Assembly: GCA_951406725.2 (NCBI GenBank)
Contig: OX597830.1
Location: forward strand, 67,828,001 to 67,892,000
Source of the DNA: Octopus vulgaris
Taxonomy: Eukaryota
DNA length: 64,000 nt
Direction: 5' to 3'
Shown: positions 1-13,545 of the stretch, in pieces
Numbering within the stretch: position 1 is the stretch's first letter
Layout of the letters: every line of letters begins with the position of its first letter
Made by a program: the position numbers and the translations under genes
Notes under the pieces: model-generated
The model's input: the letters and a program-made list of their open reading frames with translations, nothing else
Told to the model about the DNA's origin: nothing
Databases searched by the model: none

Positions 1-352
1 GGGTGGGTGGGAGTGATGAATGAAAGTGTGGGCGGAAAGAACAATATTAAATGATGAAGGATGGATAAATAGTGAATTTATTCTGGATAGAAAGAAAAGT
101 GGTATCAAGTAAGAACTGGTGTTAGGGAGTTGATGGAGGTGGTGGATGCTCGAAGAGAATTGAAATTGGGTGAAGGGCCGAGTTAAACATAAATATACAT
201 ACACAACTTTACAAGAGCACCGTTCCACTGAGGTGGTATGTCTTTTGGAGAACTGCATATCACCAGTGATACTGGTTCTCTATAATTTCTTCCATGGTGT
301 CCAAGCTTTTAATCACATCTCTGAAGTTCAAGATCCCGAGATAAGCCTTACG

Positions 353-384
353 CACACACACACACACACACACACAATCACACG

Positions 385-449
<65 letters not shown>
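353..449. repeat. (CA)n microsatellite
   Basis: Direct reading: an interrupted CA run. Confidence 0.95.
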
Positions 450-452
<3 letters not shown>

Positions 453-461
453 AGCTATTAA

Positions 462-2202
462 CACTGGTCGTCATCTTTCGAAAAGTCGTGTGCTTCTTAA
501 ATAAGATTAGTTAATTCATATGTATTTTCATGTCCTGAATCTAAATATCACCTTGAAAAATGCATATTAGCTATAGGTTGAAAGACACACGACATATAAT
601 ATTTGATTATTTTATTATAACGTACAGTTTTTGTCATTATGTTTAATGCTCTAGTCCGTATCTACTCCCTGCCTTTTTGCTTGACGCTTATAGAGGGCTG
701 AAGAATAATGTCCAGCAAGCATCGTTTTGCTCCATTTGCCCTGGTACCGCCGTGTCCATAGTCGAAATATCTTGGTGAAACCGTCAACCATGTTCGTCAC
801 TAACTGCCCCACAGCTCGCTAGAAAAACGTCTAAATGTGTCTCCAAACGTGGTTTTAACATGACATGTTACATCCCATATTCTTGTAAGCCTTGGCGAGG
901 TTTTTCATTAATTCTTTAAGAAGCTCTCAGCTCTGAGGACCAATGAAGACTCCCTCATTTATCATAGCATTACTCAGTGGGGGTGGGAATTCTGATGTTA
1001 AATACTTGAATCCTTGACCAGATTTGTCCATAGCTTTTACAAATTTTTTCATGAGCCCCACTTTTATGTGTAGTGATGGGAGAAAAATTTTGCTTGGCTC
1101 AGAGAGAGGTGGAAGTTGAACATTTTTTCATCCCAAGTTTCAACGTTTGCCGAGGTGACCAGTCTCTCCTGATACAGTGCGAACCTCTTGCGCAGCTATC
1201 CCATTCACACAGAAAGTAACAGAACTTGGTGTATCCGTCCTGAGAGCCCATCACAAAAGCAACAACCTTTAAGTCATCACAGAGCTGCCATTGATGTTCA
1301 CTATATTTTATGCATTGCAGCATAAGCTTTATATTCTCATATGTTTTTTTCATATATGAATCATAGCCCACATGAACTGAAGGTTCACTATTGCCATTAT
1401 GCAACAAGAGAGCTTTCAGGCAAATTTTTCATGAATCCATGAACAGCCTTCAGTGACTGGGTTCGTATTCAATATCAAGTGCTTCCATCCTTCCATTATG
1501 AAAAAATTGCTGAACTGTTGCTGACGGTCATGAAATTTTGAAAGTTTACATCAGCTATTCGGAGATTTCACTGTTGAAGACGAGAGCCTAGCAGCTTTGC
1601 CCTATTCTCAGGTAGTCATAGATCCTTGTCAAGGCCATGGAATTCCCGTTGTGTTATGAGATGTGATCTAGAGGAGTGTGTTTCATCAAAGTTTTGGTCA
1701 TTCCGCAATCCAGCACTGTTATCCCCTTCTGCTTCCTCTTCACCCCCTTCTTCATCTGACTCGAAGAATATGGAAGTTGGTGCATCAGGAACAGATAGAC
1801 ATTTTCCACGTGGAACCTGGCGCATACCTAATGGAATATTTCGATATTCATGGGACTCTTTTTTGAAAAGCCCTTTTTCACTGGAAGTACCATGCAGAAA
1901 TAACAATTGCCTGTATTGTCTGTTGGCTCCCGCCATGTCATTCGTACAATAAAAGATATTCCTTTCCTTTTCCTCTTCAACCATTGGTGAAGACTAGTAG
2001 CACAAGTGTTGCAACACATGTGAGGAGCCCACTTCTTATCCTGGTCGCCAATCTTGCATTCAAAACATAGGTGATATACCTTTCTAACCAGAGCAGTAAT
2101 ACGGCGCTTCTGCGATGCAAAGGTCACCTCACCACAAATGTTGCAGAAGTTGTCTGACTTATTCACAAAAGTGCGAGGCATTTTAAAGAAGACGACAAAC
2201 AA
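462..2202 (-). mobile_element. Decayed Chapaev3-like (CMC) DNA transposon with frameshifted transposase
   Basis: Minus-strand peptides NFCNICGE...KIGDQDKKWAPHMCCNTC...WREPTDNTGNCYFC, LCDDLKVV...GYTKFCYFLCEWDS and PSLHIKVGLMKNFVKAMDK match the Chapaev3 transposase pattern as I recall it. Multiple stops and frameshifts; ends approximate. Confidence 0.7.
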
Positions 2203-3037
2203 TAAGCAGATAAACAGAAAATTCGTTCATAAATTTATCATTAGCAGAAGTGTTTATATCATTCAGTAGAAAAATAAAATTTATATAAAATGCCTCATAT
2301 GCATATCAACAGCTTGCTCAATGAATATTTATTATAAGTTTAAAAAGTGTTTGACTAGGAAAATCATTTACCTTTTACCTCAGTATATAAACTTGCACAG
2401 CACAACCACATCCTACGACTTCTCTAACAATCCTGAAGGGCAGTGCAACTGTGAGTGCGATAAGAAACATACTACTGCGTGCTTTTGGAAATTTGTTTTT
2501 AATAGGATACCAACGTTGGCGGTGGAATTTATCTTGAAGGTTTCACCAATGAATAGATCTTTCAATTGATGGAGGCTACAAAAATATTAAATATATTAAA
2601 CAACAAGATCATTTATCTTTAGCATCTGTTCTTTCCTTCCTTTCATTTTAGTCTCTATTTTTTAACTATGCATTAGGTGTATTGTATAACTTTCTCAGCC
2701 TGACAGATGTTTAAATTGGTGAAATAAAATTCTCTTATCATCATGTGGCTCTGTTTCTATCCGGAAGATTTGATTCATTCCAATCCCATGTCAAAACCAG
2801 TGTACCATGCTAAAAACTATAAATCAATAGAAAACAAATTCATGTGTACTTGTGTTAATATGGATTGGATTATCTCTTCCAGATAATTGTAGTTATACTT
2901 ATTTATTATAGTATTTCTGTTCAGTTATGTCTTCTCTGTATAATTTGTTATAGAATTTGAAACTCTGTGTTATTAATGTCAGATGCTGAAATCTCATCAT
3001 TCCTGCAAACATTCATATTATTTTCTTTTATTTTCAG

Positions 3038-3078
3038 ACATCTGATAAGAAATGGATAGAGAAAAACATTAAACTAAG
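3038..3078 (+). CDS. TRPM: TRPM-family channel, N-terminal exon (TSDKKWIEKNIKLR)
   Basis: Pyrimidine tract and ttttcAG acceptor, AG|GTAATT donor. The peptide resembles the conserved TRPM 'WIE..(F/I).KREC' start of MHR1. The exon is short and its link to the next exon is unresolved. Confidence 0.6.
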
Positions 3079-4630
3079 GTAATTCAAGAAATATGCCCCT
3101 AAATTTTATAATGTATAAGTACACATATATTAGGATTTCAGTTATGGTAATGTTGTAAATTGAAACATTTTTATCAGTTGAGATTCTTCCAGTAATTAGT
3201 ATACAAAAACATCGCTTAGAGATGTGGATATCTAAAAGCAATGGGCGGGAGAGGTAACTAAAAGAATCTCTTAATTGTTGATTTCCATATAAGTAATTTT
3301 TTCTTATGTGAAATTTGACTGGCGACTGTTGGTGCTGCCACCTACAGTTGCTTTCGGAATAAGAGAAGTTGAGAAAGAAAGTTTACTAAGAAATAGGGAG
3401 AGAGTAAGGTTTTCTATTTTCTTTACTTTTAACAGTGGATGAGAGATGCAGAAGGAGAGAGACTGAGTGATAGAATGAGGGAAAGTCTCCTACATGTTTA
3501 GGATTTCATTCCAGTAGTTTTTCAAAGATATTATTTTATTTCTCTTGTTAATTTCCCCCCTCCAGTGCTTGTTAGATTGTTCTTCATACAGACTTCATTA
3601 CCATTTCCTTTACAAACTACATGCACACCCCTCTGTGTTTCTCTCGGGTGCAAACGTGGGATCTCTTGTATTTCCACGCTGCTTATCACGTGAGGATGAC
3701 TTAGGATTAATTTCCAATATATTTCATCTCGCCATGGTACCTTTCCGTTTGTTTTGTGTGTAGCATTCAGAATTCAACCATCGTTCGAAACACACGTGGG
3801 AAATGTGACCGGTAACTGTTGTTGCTGCTACCTACAGATGATTTTGAGTAAGAGAGAGAGAGAGAGAAAGTGAGTGAGTTAGCTAGAAATAGAAGGGAGG
3901 GTGAGGTTTTCCTTTAAAGAGAAAGAACCACGCAGGGCTTATATTTTTTATTATTACAAGATTTTTTCTTACGAGGGAGAGAACATAAAATAATATTTCT
4001 ATATAATTCAATTTTCCACCTCATTTTTGAGTGTCCTAGTAGCTGGAAATAACATTATTTCGCTTTTCTTTGAGCATCCCAATACATCATAACTTAGTAT
4101 CATGAGGCCAGTTGGACTATGTTCATTTAAAACATTTAGGAATTATATACAGTCGATTTTCTTATTTCCGTTTTCTTTCTTTTTTCTTAAACGCTTAGCA
4201 CTTAAGAAAAGAAGTGAAGAGATAGAAGCAGAGAAATAAAATCTCAGGGGTTTTCTCATAATAATTTGGGAATATATTAAATTGTTACATTTCCAAATCC
4301 TACTCCCTTAGATCACCGGTATTATTTATGAAAAGCATAAAAATGGAGATCAACAGAAGACTAAAAAAAGTTAAATCTGATTGGTGTTTGATATAACAAT
4401 ATATCATTTCTGTTCAATTATTACTCTTAATACAGTAATGGCATAAATAATTTTAATAATCACACACATGTTTATGAGTGAAAGAGGTTAGGTTTTGTGA
4501 TGCCGATTTGTTTCTCTTTTATATAAAGAACAAATTAAAGTGAATTAAGCAAAAGTTAAAACTGGTTTGTGAACTCAGTGGGAAATCCACAGCATCTGCT
4601 AATAATGATCCTAATTATATTTATGGAGAG

Positions 4631-4665
<35 letters not shown>

Positions 4666-5209
4666 GAAATTTTACTTTTCTGGCTGGGGACTTGATCTAA
4701 TTTTATGTGAAGAAACTGAAATGAGTTCATCATAGATGATGAGTTATAACCACGACAACGTATATTGTTAGAAGTGTTTTCTTATATAATATTAAATATG
4801 AAGAAGTCTCCAAAGGTTAAATCGAACATGCATTTTGGAAGTTTGAGACGAAGATCAAAATGTCTAGCTTTATTGTTACTTAAAAATTCTATAAATGCCA
4901 GTTTCCCCTCTTTCCCAAGATGTTAGGGCGAAAGCAGTAATTAAAACATGAAATCCAAAATATGAGAAATCCTGGTCTTTGTGTTCCGCAGCAAATGTAA
5001 ATCATAGAAAGAAAATATATGGAAAATTTAAAAGAAAGTCAGTGTATTTAGCCAATTGGAAATGAAAAAGATGGCAAACATTGAAGCAAAAGACATTTTA
5101 TTGGAGAAAGATATCTTTTGCAATGAAAATGTGTTGCTGTGAAGATTTAATTTTGATGTAGGGACATGTCTCCTCCTCTTCCTCCTCCTCCTCCTCCTCC
5201 TCCTCCTCA

Positions 5210-5845
5210 TCATCATCATCATCATCACTGTTTAACGTCCATCCACCTTGCTGCTATGGGTTTGACGGTGTGACAGGAGCTGGCCATCCAAGAAGCTCTC
5301 CAGACTCCAATTGTCTGTTTTTACATGGTTTCTAGGGCTGGATGCCCTTCCTAACGCCAACCACTTTGCAGAGTGTGCTGGGTGCACTTTACGTGCCACC
5401 GGCACGGGTTCATTTTACATGGCACTAGAACCTGTAAATCACATGCCTGTGTATATGGATGACCGGGATATTACTTAGCGTGGTACGTCTTTTCAAGTAC
5501 AGCAGATCATCACAACTCCCGGTCCCTTGATATTTCCTCAGTGTAGCCCAGTGTCTGAAGATACTTTCTCACCATTTCGTCCCATCGCATCTTCCCCCGT
5601 GTATTCCATCCACAAGTTCTCTCCACAATTAGGGATCAGCTCTTCTTTATGCAACCGTCCTCATCCACACGCAACACATGACCAAACCAGCGCAGTCTCT
5701 TCTCTTGCTCACAACATCTGATGCCTCTTAAATCATATAGTTTTCCTCTTAAATCATATACACTCTGACATCCAGCGGAGCATTCTAGCTTCGTTTCTTT
5801 CAAGTGTTCGCAAGTCATCTGTTGTCATAGCTCATATTCCACCGC
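5210..5845 (-). mobile_element. RTE-clade LINE 3' fragment with (GAT)n tail
   Basis: Minus-strand CCEQEKRLRWFGHVLRVDEDGCIKK. The 3'UTR motif ctggatgcccttcctaacgccaacca is shared with copies at 27.4, 47.6 and 58.0 kb. Confidence 0.8.
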
Positions 5846-6899
5846 CAGTGGTTTCATTAAAATAAATCCAACAGTAATGGGGAATCTACAAAAAAAAAAA
5901 AATTAACCTGAATATTGAAAAATGTTTCTGTCTTTAACTTTTTTGATGTACTACAATTTGCTGTTAATGTTATTCTCGTTTTGTTTTTAAAAAGAAATAT
6001 AATTCGTCTAATGTTGATTACGATACTATTTCCACTTTTTGCAAAAATTTCCGAGATGTTAGTGACTTATACCTGTCATTCTGGCACCTTTTCATTTTCA
6101 TGGAAGTGAAGCATAATTTTGAAGAAAAGTAATTTTATGGAAACGAAATCATTAATCTGTAATCCTTGAACATTTTTCTATTCAATTTTTATTAACTTTG
6201 GCAGCTGCTCTATTTATCTGCAAAAGACATAGGAGTAATACATATGCATAAAGTGACTGGCTTAATATACCTGCAGCAGGATTAAATGAAGTATGTCTAC
6301 ATTGCTGCTATCAGTTCCAGCATCATTTATTCATTTTTAAAAATTATTTTCTTTTGCTTCTATTCAGAATATATATTATACTCACACATAAAATATCTAA
6401 GAATGCCACAGAAAATTCAATTGACTGGAATCTCAGACGAGTAAAATTTACAAAGAACAAAATGAAAACATGCTGCTGTATTAGAAAAGACACAACACTG
6501 TGTAGAATTGTTATTTTCTTTGAAAAAGAAAGCCTAGGGGCTAATAATGCAGAAACAGTATCAGACGTCCCTTTTGAAGAACCAGCTGCATTCCTAAGTA
6601 GATCTGCAGAAAAGAGGAAGAACGTATTACCTCAAAACATTCAAGGTGAAGAATCCTCATGTCCTACTGTCATGAATAGCAAAGTAGCATCATGGGATCC
6701 AGACACAGTCATATGATTTTCTGTCAGAGAAAAGTATTTGTCCATGTTCTTTCAGGCAAAATCAGCCATATGTTAAAATAAAATTGCCTCCGACACCTTC
6801 CCAGTATCTCGACACCATTATAAACCAAGTGAAGGCAAACTGGCTGGGCACTATCGTTGTTTAAAAAATTTAATGTTTTATACCATTCATGACAATGGT

Positions 6900-7570
6900 G
6901 AGCAGTTTTTTTTAAAGATGTGACCCCTGTACAGCTCATCAGAGGGTAAGGTTTATTGTTTTTACTGCACTCTCCTGCAAGGTCAACATGACAGGTTTTC
7001 CAACAAGGAAGGCTTTACTGAAGTGAGAAAAGCAGAGGAGAAACTGAAAACAGAAGAACAAAGTCAAGCCCCATCTTTTATGCAGGGATCATCTCATGTT
7101 AACAAGGAGTTGGAAGAACAAGTCCAGGGAAACAAGAAATACTGGACTGAAGTATTGCATTCTTTCATGTAGTGACTGTGACAATATTTCTAGTTGAGAG
7201 AGGTCTGGCATTTAGAGGTAGTGAAGAGATAGTTGGCTGAGAAATTTTCTGAGAATTATGGAACTTATAGAACAATTTGATCCATTTCTTATGGGTCACT
7301 TGAAAACCTTTGGCAATACTGGAAGTGGTAAGCAGTCGTACTTATCACCTACCATCTACGAAGAAATTGTTCTGTTGATGGCAAAACATATCAAGAATTA
7401 TATCGTTGCAGATTTTAAAACTGCCAAGTATTTCCCTGTTTCTGTAGATCCAACACCAGAATGTTGCTCAGCTTTCAGTTATTGTGCGTTATGTTCTTTC
7501 AGGTAAGCCAATAGAAATTTTGAAAACTGCAGGAGACAGTCTTATGACAATGCCAGTATTATGTCCGTCA
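6900..7570 (+). mobile_element. hAT-type (ZMYM1/DUF4371-like) transposase remnant
   Basis: FLVERGLAFRGSEE...MELIEQFDPFLMGHL...SYLSPTIYEEIV...AKYFPVSVDPTP, broken by stops. Confidence 0.7.
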
Positions 7571-8378
7571 TTTTGATGATTGATGGTATGGAATGCGGAA
7601 TTGGTTGTAGGTATGAGATTTCTAGTAGAGGAGAACGGAGAGAGGGTGCTCCTGTTGAGATAGAGTGTTGATGTGTGTATCAGTGATACCTGGATAAGGT
7701 GGTCAGAGACCATCCAGCAGAGGCTATTGTAGTAGCGGTAGAAAAGGCAGAGAAGACACAGCACAGTATGGGTCAGAATTTGGTGTGTATTTGTAAGTGA
7801 CTTCGTGCCAGTCTCTGAATACGGCCTTATCATACCTCAGATGTGGAATGGTGAAACCCATTTCCTTAATTTATTTTGACGGCAACATATTTCTTATTTT
7901 TCCTTTTCAGTTTATTTAAAAGTAATCATTATTTGATTCAACTAAATTAAAATTTATTTATTTATTTCCGTGTATGGATTTATGTATCTATGTCGGTGAT
8001 ATTTGTATCTTTCATTGGAGTTGTTCTTTATCTCTTGATTTTGTCATTTTTCCTCTTCTACCTTCCCCATCACAACTTTACTCCAACAGTTCATTTGGTT
8101 TCTGTTTGTCTTTGATAGAAATTCTAAAGATGAGGAGCCATCAATACCCTGTGATGCATTTGGTAAAATAAACTTTAGAGGACTTTATCCGAAAAATGCA
8201 ACGGTATTCTTTTTGCTTGCTTTTTATTGATGTTGTTTGTAGAAATTATCCAATAATCAGCTGAATATTTTGTCCTTGGATTTGTATAGCAGCAACATTT
8301 TACATGCTTTTTGTGAATATTTTTACATATCGTTTCTTTTTTTTTGTATAGTTGGCTGTTATTTTTTATATTGGTGTA

Positions 8379-8417
<39 letters not shown>

Positions 8418-8479
8418 ATGGATAGAAGTGATTCTGGGAGGTAAAAAAAACTTGAAAGTGCTATCATTTAAGGTTACTA

Positions 8480-9725
8480 TATGTGGAGATAACATGGAAG
8501 AAAGATCTTTCCAACAGAATGACTAGTCATTCTAGCTGGTAGCAATATGATAGATAGGGCCCTGAAGAATATTAAAGCAGGAGAAATCCCATTAGCAATT
8601 ACTATTATAAGGTTTAAAATACTTGGCACTGTGGGATAGGGCTTAGTTACTTGTATAGTCAATCAGATTATACAGGAAAGTGGTATACCTAGTGACTGGC
8701 ATTACAGCATTACAACAATTGTTACAAGCATAAAGGAGATGCTATAGAAAGGTAATCACAGGAGTATCAAATTGCTGGACAAGGACACGAAAGTTATGGG
8801 AACAACTACAGCTCAAGCAATTACAGAAAAAGACGAGACGAGATAAAGTTCGGTTCTGTGCAATAGATAAGTATTAAAAAATCCATGTTTTGGGGAAGTG
8901 ACTGCAGATGTATTTGGGTAAGAGTAAGCTGCTCTACTTAGCATTCATTGATCTGCAGAAAACGTTTCACAGAGTTCCTTACTCTGAAAAGGTGAGGTCA
9001 AAGAAGAAGCTAGCAGCAGAAGAATAGCTTATGACAGCCACACAAACCCTATACAGAGATACTATTAGAAATTCCATGCGGTATACTTAGTGCAAACTAT
9101 AGAAACACAAGAGTTGCCGTAGTATCACAGACAGTTTAACAGAGAAAGTAGACTCTATATGCAATTGATGCACACTAGCAAAGAAATTCTATATGTGCAT
9201 AGGAAATAGATTTTCTGAAATGCTCAGGAAGATCCCTAAACAAAAAAGATAGTTTCTATTACCCATCAGTGGAGAAGTTGTTCTGAAGTTATAGCTACTA
9301 AAATAAAAACAGGCTGGAGAAATTTCAAGGAGTTTTTACCTCTGTTGGTAACAAAATGCTTCCCTATCAGAATGAAAAACTGATTGTATGATGGCTATAT
9401 ACAAACAACAGTGCTACATAGTAATAAGATGTGGGCTCTAAATGCAGTGGACATGTGAAAACCTACGTACTCCGTTGGATGTGAAAAATCTGTGTATATG
9501 AACAACAAAGTACAAATGTATTTAAGAGAAAAGTTAGGCACAAGAGGAATCATATGCGTTCGAGGGAGAAGACTATGTTGATATGACCATATGATGGTTA
9601 TGAAAGAGGCTAGCTGTATAACGACATGCTGATCATTGTAAATGGTTGGCTCTTGTGGAAAAGATAACGTAGAACTAAGTAGTGAAAGCTGATTTCAGAA
9701 TTTTGAATCCGAAAGAGATGACAAA
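8480..9725 (+). mobile_element. Heavily decayed RTE LINE (RT region)
   Basis: Nucleotide similarity to the 55.5-58.1 kb RTE copy, including YLAFIDLQKTFHRVP. Confidence 0.7.
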
Positions 9726-9729
9726 ATAT

Positions 9730-10470
9730 TGGGACGAAGAGGTGCCCTTCACAGGATCCCCTGTTTTCACTCTCTCCAAGACGTCTTGTATCATGGCAAC
9801 TCTCTTCTAACTCATTTTTTTCAGCTTCACTTCCTCAGATCGCCTCTTGATGCAGCTTCATGCCCTTTGGAGCCATCCTGTTATAGGAGAGTGCTCTACC
9901 AGTTTTCCGCATATTGAGAGCTGTTCTAACCTACTCATGTGCTCGCTCAGATCTCAAATCCCATTTCCTCTCTAAAACACGGGTCTGCCCACCTTACCTC
10001 TTTCGTGTTTGAGCCTCAGCGCAATGCCTCCTATAGCCTCGGTGGTTTGTGGTCAACTCACACCACCTCAAATGACCCACAATTTACTCTACCAACTGCA
10101 CATACTAATCTATCCAGAATGCGATATGTGTAGGAACTCGTAGCCTGTGCTACCTTGGTCATCAAGATCGTCCTAAGAACCTTCGCCATGATTTTCGGTA
10201 CTGCACTGAAACCGAATGCCAGCCGGATCAGGAAATATATTCTGTTCTTGTACCTCACCAGATAGTACCACCACTATTTCTCAGAGCTGTAGATATACCG
10301 ACTTAACATCGACGATCGTAGTCGTCCCTGTTGTCAGCCCCTGTCCCGCAAAATTTCACCGCCCTAAAAGCATTATACGTGCTCATTCAACTCCCAAAAA
10401 TCTAGCAATGGTTAGACTTTATTCTTTATCGGTTGGACCCTAACACACTAGTGGGAGGACTCCATTCTTC
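9730..10470 (-). mobile_element. LTR-retrotransposon-like RT remnant
   Basis: Minus-strand SAYLQL and YFLIRLAFGFSAVPKIMAKVL resemble Ty3/gypsy-type RT motifs. Confidence 0.5.
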
Positions 10471-10479
10471 ATTTCCTTT

Positions 10480-11330
10480 CTGCACTGTGGTAAAATGCCT
10501 TATTTTCTCCGTCTGTCCAGCCATGTTGCCTTGGCATCTTGTTAACAGGAACGACAAAGTGTTCACTGCCAATATAGACAAAATTACCGATAGAATATCG
10601 CCCTGGATTGCGCCTGTTGATAGCTTAATCCTGTTTGTACCAATAGGTGTTGCATTAATAGTTGTCAGTGATAACTGTGTAGACCACGTTGTGGTCATCC
10701 ATGAGTGAGCACAGATTCAAACACCTTCTTGCAGTCTAGCCATATTGTTAAGATGTTACAACGATGTTGCTTAACTTCTTTCAGGGCATCTTTGTTAAAG
10801 AGGACCTGTCCAGTACAGCTGCAAACTCCTTTCTTTCCCCCTGCCACTTCGTGAGTTATCACACCATTTGTTTGACAATGGTCCTGGGGAGGTTTATTCA
10901 GGCAACCTGCGTAAAGTTCAAGCCTATAGTTTTTGGTCACATTGGACTCTTCGTTCTTGCGGGCAGTCGTATTCCGTGCGAACGTCAGCCAATCTGGTAT
11001 ATCTAGCTCTGCATTCGTTCTTTTTTGCAGCAAGGCCATGAGAATTTCTCTGAAGAATGTGAGATTTCTGTACCTGTAGCATGTTACCAGGTCTCTCCCA
11101 GATGGTTTTCCTTTCGGCAGTTACATAATAACCATCAGGAGTGTTTCGCTGATGATGTTAGATGTTTGGGAGAGGCATTTACACAATACTCCCTTCGTAT
11201 GTCGTTTAGCTCTGCTGCATCGCGGTTGTGTTCTTTCTTTACATACCGGATTTCCCGCCAGAATGACTCTAGGTCTTCCGTGCGAGGAGAATTTGCTGCT
11301 TTGATAGTGCAACGGTATGCGAAATTGAAG
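10480..11330 (-). mobile_element. R4/Dong-like non-LTR RT remnant
   Basis: TIWLDCKKVFESV (WLDYxKAFDSV type) and GAIQGDILSVILSILAVNTLSFLL. Confidence 0.6.
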
Positions 11331-11334
11331 TCAG

Positions 11335-11826
11335 TGGTCACCAATTGTTACAGTAATTGTGTAATGATATATGTTGATTGTTGGCAGTTAACGATTGTAA
11401 CGGATATTGATGTTGTAGATGTGCAAAATAAAAGAAGATGCAAGAAGAACAGAGATTAAAGTTATGTTGGCTTCAAATTTATTTATTTACCGTTACTTAA
11501 TATAATGCCATGCCTCGACGGGCAGGTGTGTGTAATAATATAAGTGGAAAAGCATGCAAAGTTAAGAGAGTTAATTTCTTCTTGTATAGGTGTGTTTGTG
11601 TTCTCGTCATTATGTAGTAGTAAAAGGATAGAGATAGGGTAATGTTGTAGAAAACAAAATTGAGATAGTGGATGTCAGAGAGTAGTGGGAAGTTGTATGT
11701 CTCATATTGTTTTCTTTCTCCCTCTGGCCATTTGTCTCAAGTGGCTGTCTGCCGGTGGCCATCTCTAGTTGCCTCCGTTCACTAACTGATATTTCCTTAG
11801 CAAATTCTAGTATTTATAACTATACA
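11335..11826 (-). mobile_element. Possible LTR with adjacent primer-binding site
   Basis: Minus strand reads ...GTAACA|AT TGGTGACCA (LTR-like CA end followed by TGG), with AATAAA upstream. The far end is uncertain. Confidence 0.3.
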
Positions 11827-12683
11827 AAACTAGTTAGAAAGATAGCTATGCTGCAAAGACAATGGATATACTTTGAGGGGTTGACTGTTATCTCAATTCA
11901 ACTCCCCATCGCATACAAAAGGTTAGAAGAGTCAAGTGGCAAAGACATAATTCAACTTAGCAAAAGCCATGTGTTCATTTTATTGCTGTCAACTTAATGT
12001 CTCTTTATGACAAAAGTGCTGTTGAAATGTGAAAGGAAATTTGTCGATTCAGGTTCTAATCTACTCTATGCCTAAATGAAGTCCACTACAATAATATCAC
12101 TGATCATACTGCGATATAGAGTTTGTGGGTTTCGGGAAAATTGTGTGCAATTTTTTACAATAGCAGCGTTGTTCATTTACTGCTCGTAAATCGTGTTTGA
12201 GGGTGACCAGTTGGCTTGTGAGTGTTTCTCGATGACAATTCTCATACCATTTGGAGAATCTATCATGCTGTTGTAGCTAGTGATTTGTGAAGTCATTTTT
12301 AGCTTTGGATTTCATAATAAAATCCAACTGTTCTATTTTTTCTATCTCCATTATGTTATTGGGGTGCGGTGAGTTAATCCATTTTGGATTATCATTATCC
12401 TTTGGATCAGTCTCTTTGGATCAGCCATATGTGGAAACAAAGTTACTGCGGCAACATATGGCAGGACATTTTTTTGTCCAAATGCAAGGAGCTTGAATTT
12501 GAGTTACTTGTTCTCTTACAAATTCGTCACTGGTAGATTACATCATGTCAGTGGTGCTTTTCCAAACTCTTGTCGGTATTGTTATCCCTTGCAGTACCTT
12601 ATGCATATAAGACGTGAAGTTCTGCTTGAACTCGATGTAAGCTGCGATTTTAGTATTCGATGCCATAATGTGTGTGTGTTTAT

Positions 12684-12746
12684 ATGTATGTATGTTTGTA
12701 TGTATGTATGTATGTATGTATGTATGTATGTATGTATGTATGTATG
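12684..12746. repeat. (TATG)n microsatellite
   Basis: Direct reading. Confidence 0.9.
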
Positions 12747-13103
12747 AATTATGTGTCTGTGTATGAATATATGTGTGTATGTACTGATGTGCGTGCATAC
12801 ACATACGCACGCATGCACACACGCTTGCATGCGTACAACTTGGGTAATAGTCTATTTTACTCTTGTGATGTTATGAATTATATTAAACTGGAGTGAATTA
12901 TACTAATTCTGAGCTGCATATGACATTGATATTCGAAATTTACTCTGTTGTGACGGAATGATTGAAATAAGAATTACAAAACAGGAGAGAGATAACATAA
13001 TATTTTCTTGTAAAGAATTGTTTAAAGAAATCACTAATTCTAAATTTTATATTTATGGCTAAACTCTATGTATGATAGAAAAATTCAAAAGTGTTGCAAT
13101 ATA

Positions 13104-13287
13104 GGCGTAGGAGTGGCTGTGTGGTAAGTAGCTTGCTTACCAACCACTTGTTTCCGGGTTCAGTCCTACTGCGTGGCACCTTGGGCAAGTATCTGCTGCT
13201 ATAGCCCCGGGCCGACCAATGCCATGTGAGTGGATTTGGTAGACGGAAACTGAAAGAAGCCTGTCGTATATATATATATATATTTAT

Positions 13288-13332
<45 letters not shown>

Positions 13333-13545
13333 TGTGTGTGCCTGTGTTTGTCCCCCTAGCATTGCTTGACAACCGATGCTGGTGTGTTTACGTCCCCGTC
13401 ACTTAGCGGTTCGGCAAAAAGAGACCGATAGAATAAGTACTGGGCTTACAAAGAATAAGTCCCGGGGTCGATTTGCTCGACTAAAGGCGGTGCTCCAGCA
13501 TGGCCGCAGTCAAATGACTGAAACAAGTAAAAGAGTAAGAGTATA
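13104..13545 (+). mobile_element. tRNA-derived SINE with internal TA/TG microsatellite and LINE-like 3' tail
   Basis: Pol III A-box-like (tggctgtgtggt) and B-box-like (ggttcagtcc) head. The 3' end GGCGGTGCTCCAGCATGGCCGCAGTCAAATGACTGAAAC is homologous to the 3' end of the CR1-group LINE at 47065-47103. Confidence 0.85.

Noticed and set aside
4772-4815. Candidate linking TRPM exon
   Set aside because: AG/GT are present, but the pyrimidine tract is weak and there is no TRPM similarity.
6368-6716. Candidate TRPM exon after a strong acceptor (phase-2 compatible)
   Set aside because: No convincing TRPM motif, and it runs into the hAT remnant; left unresolved.
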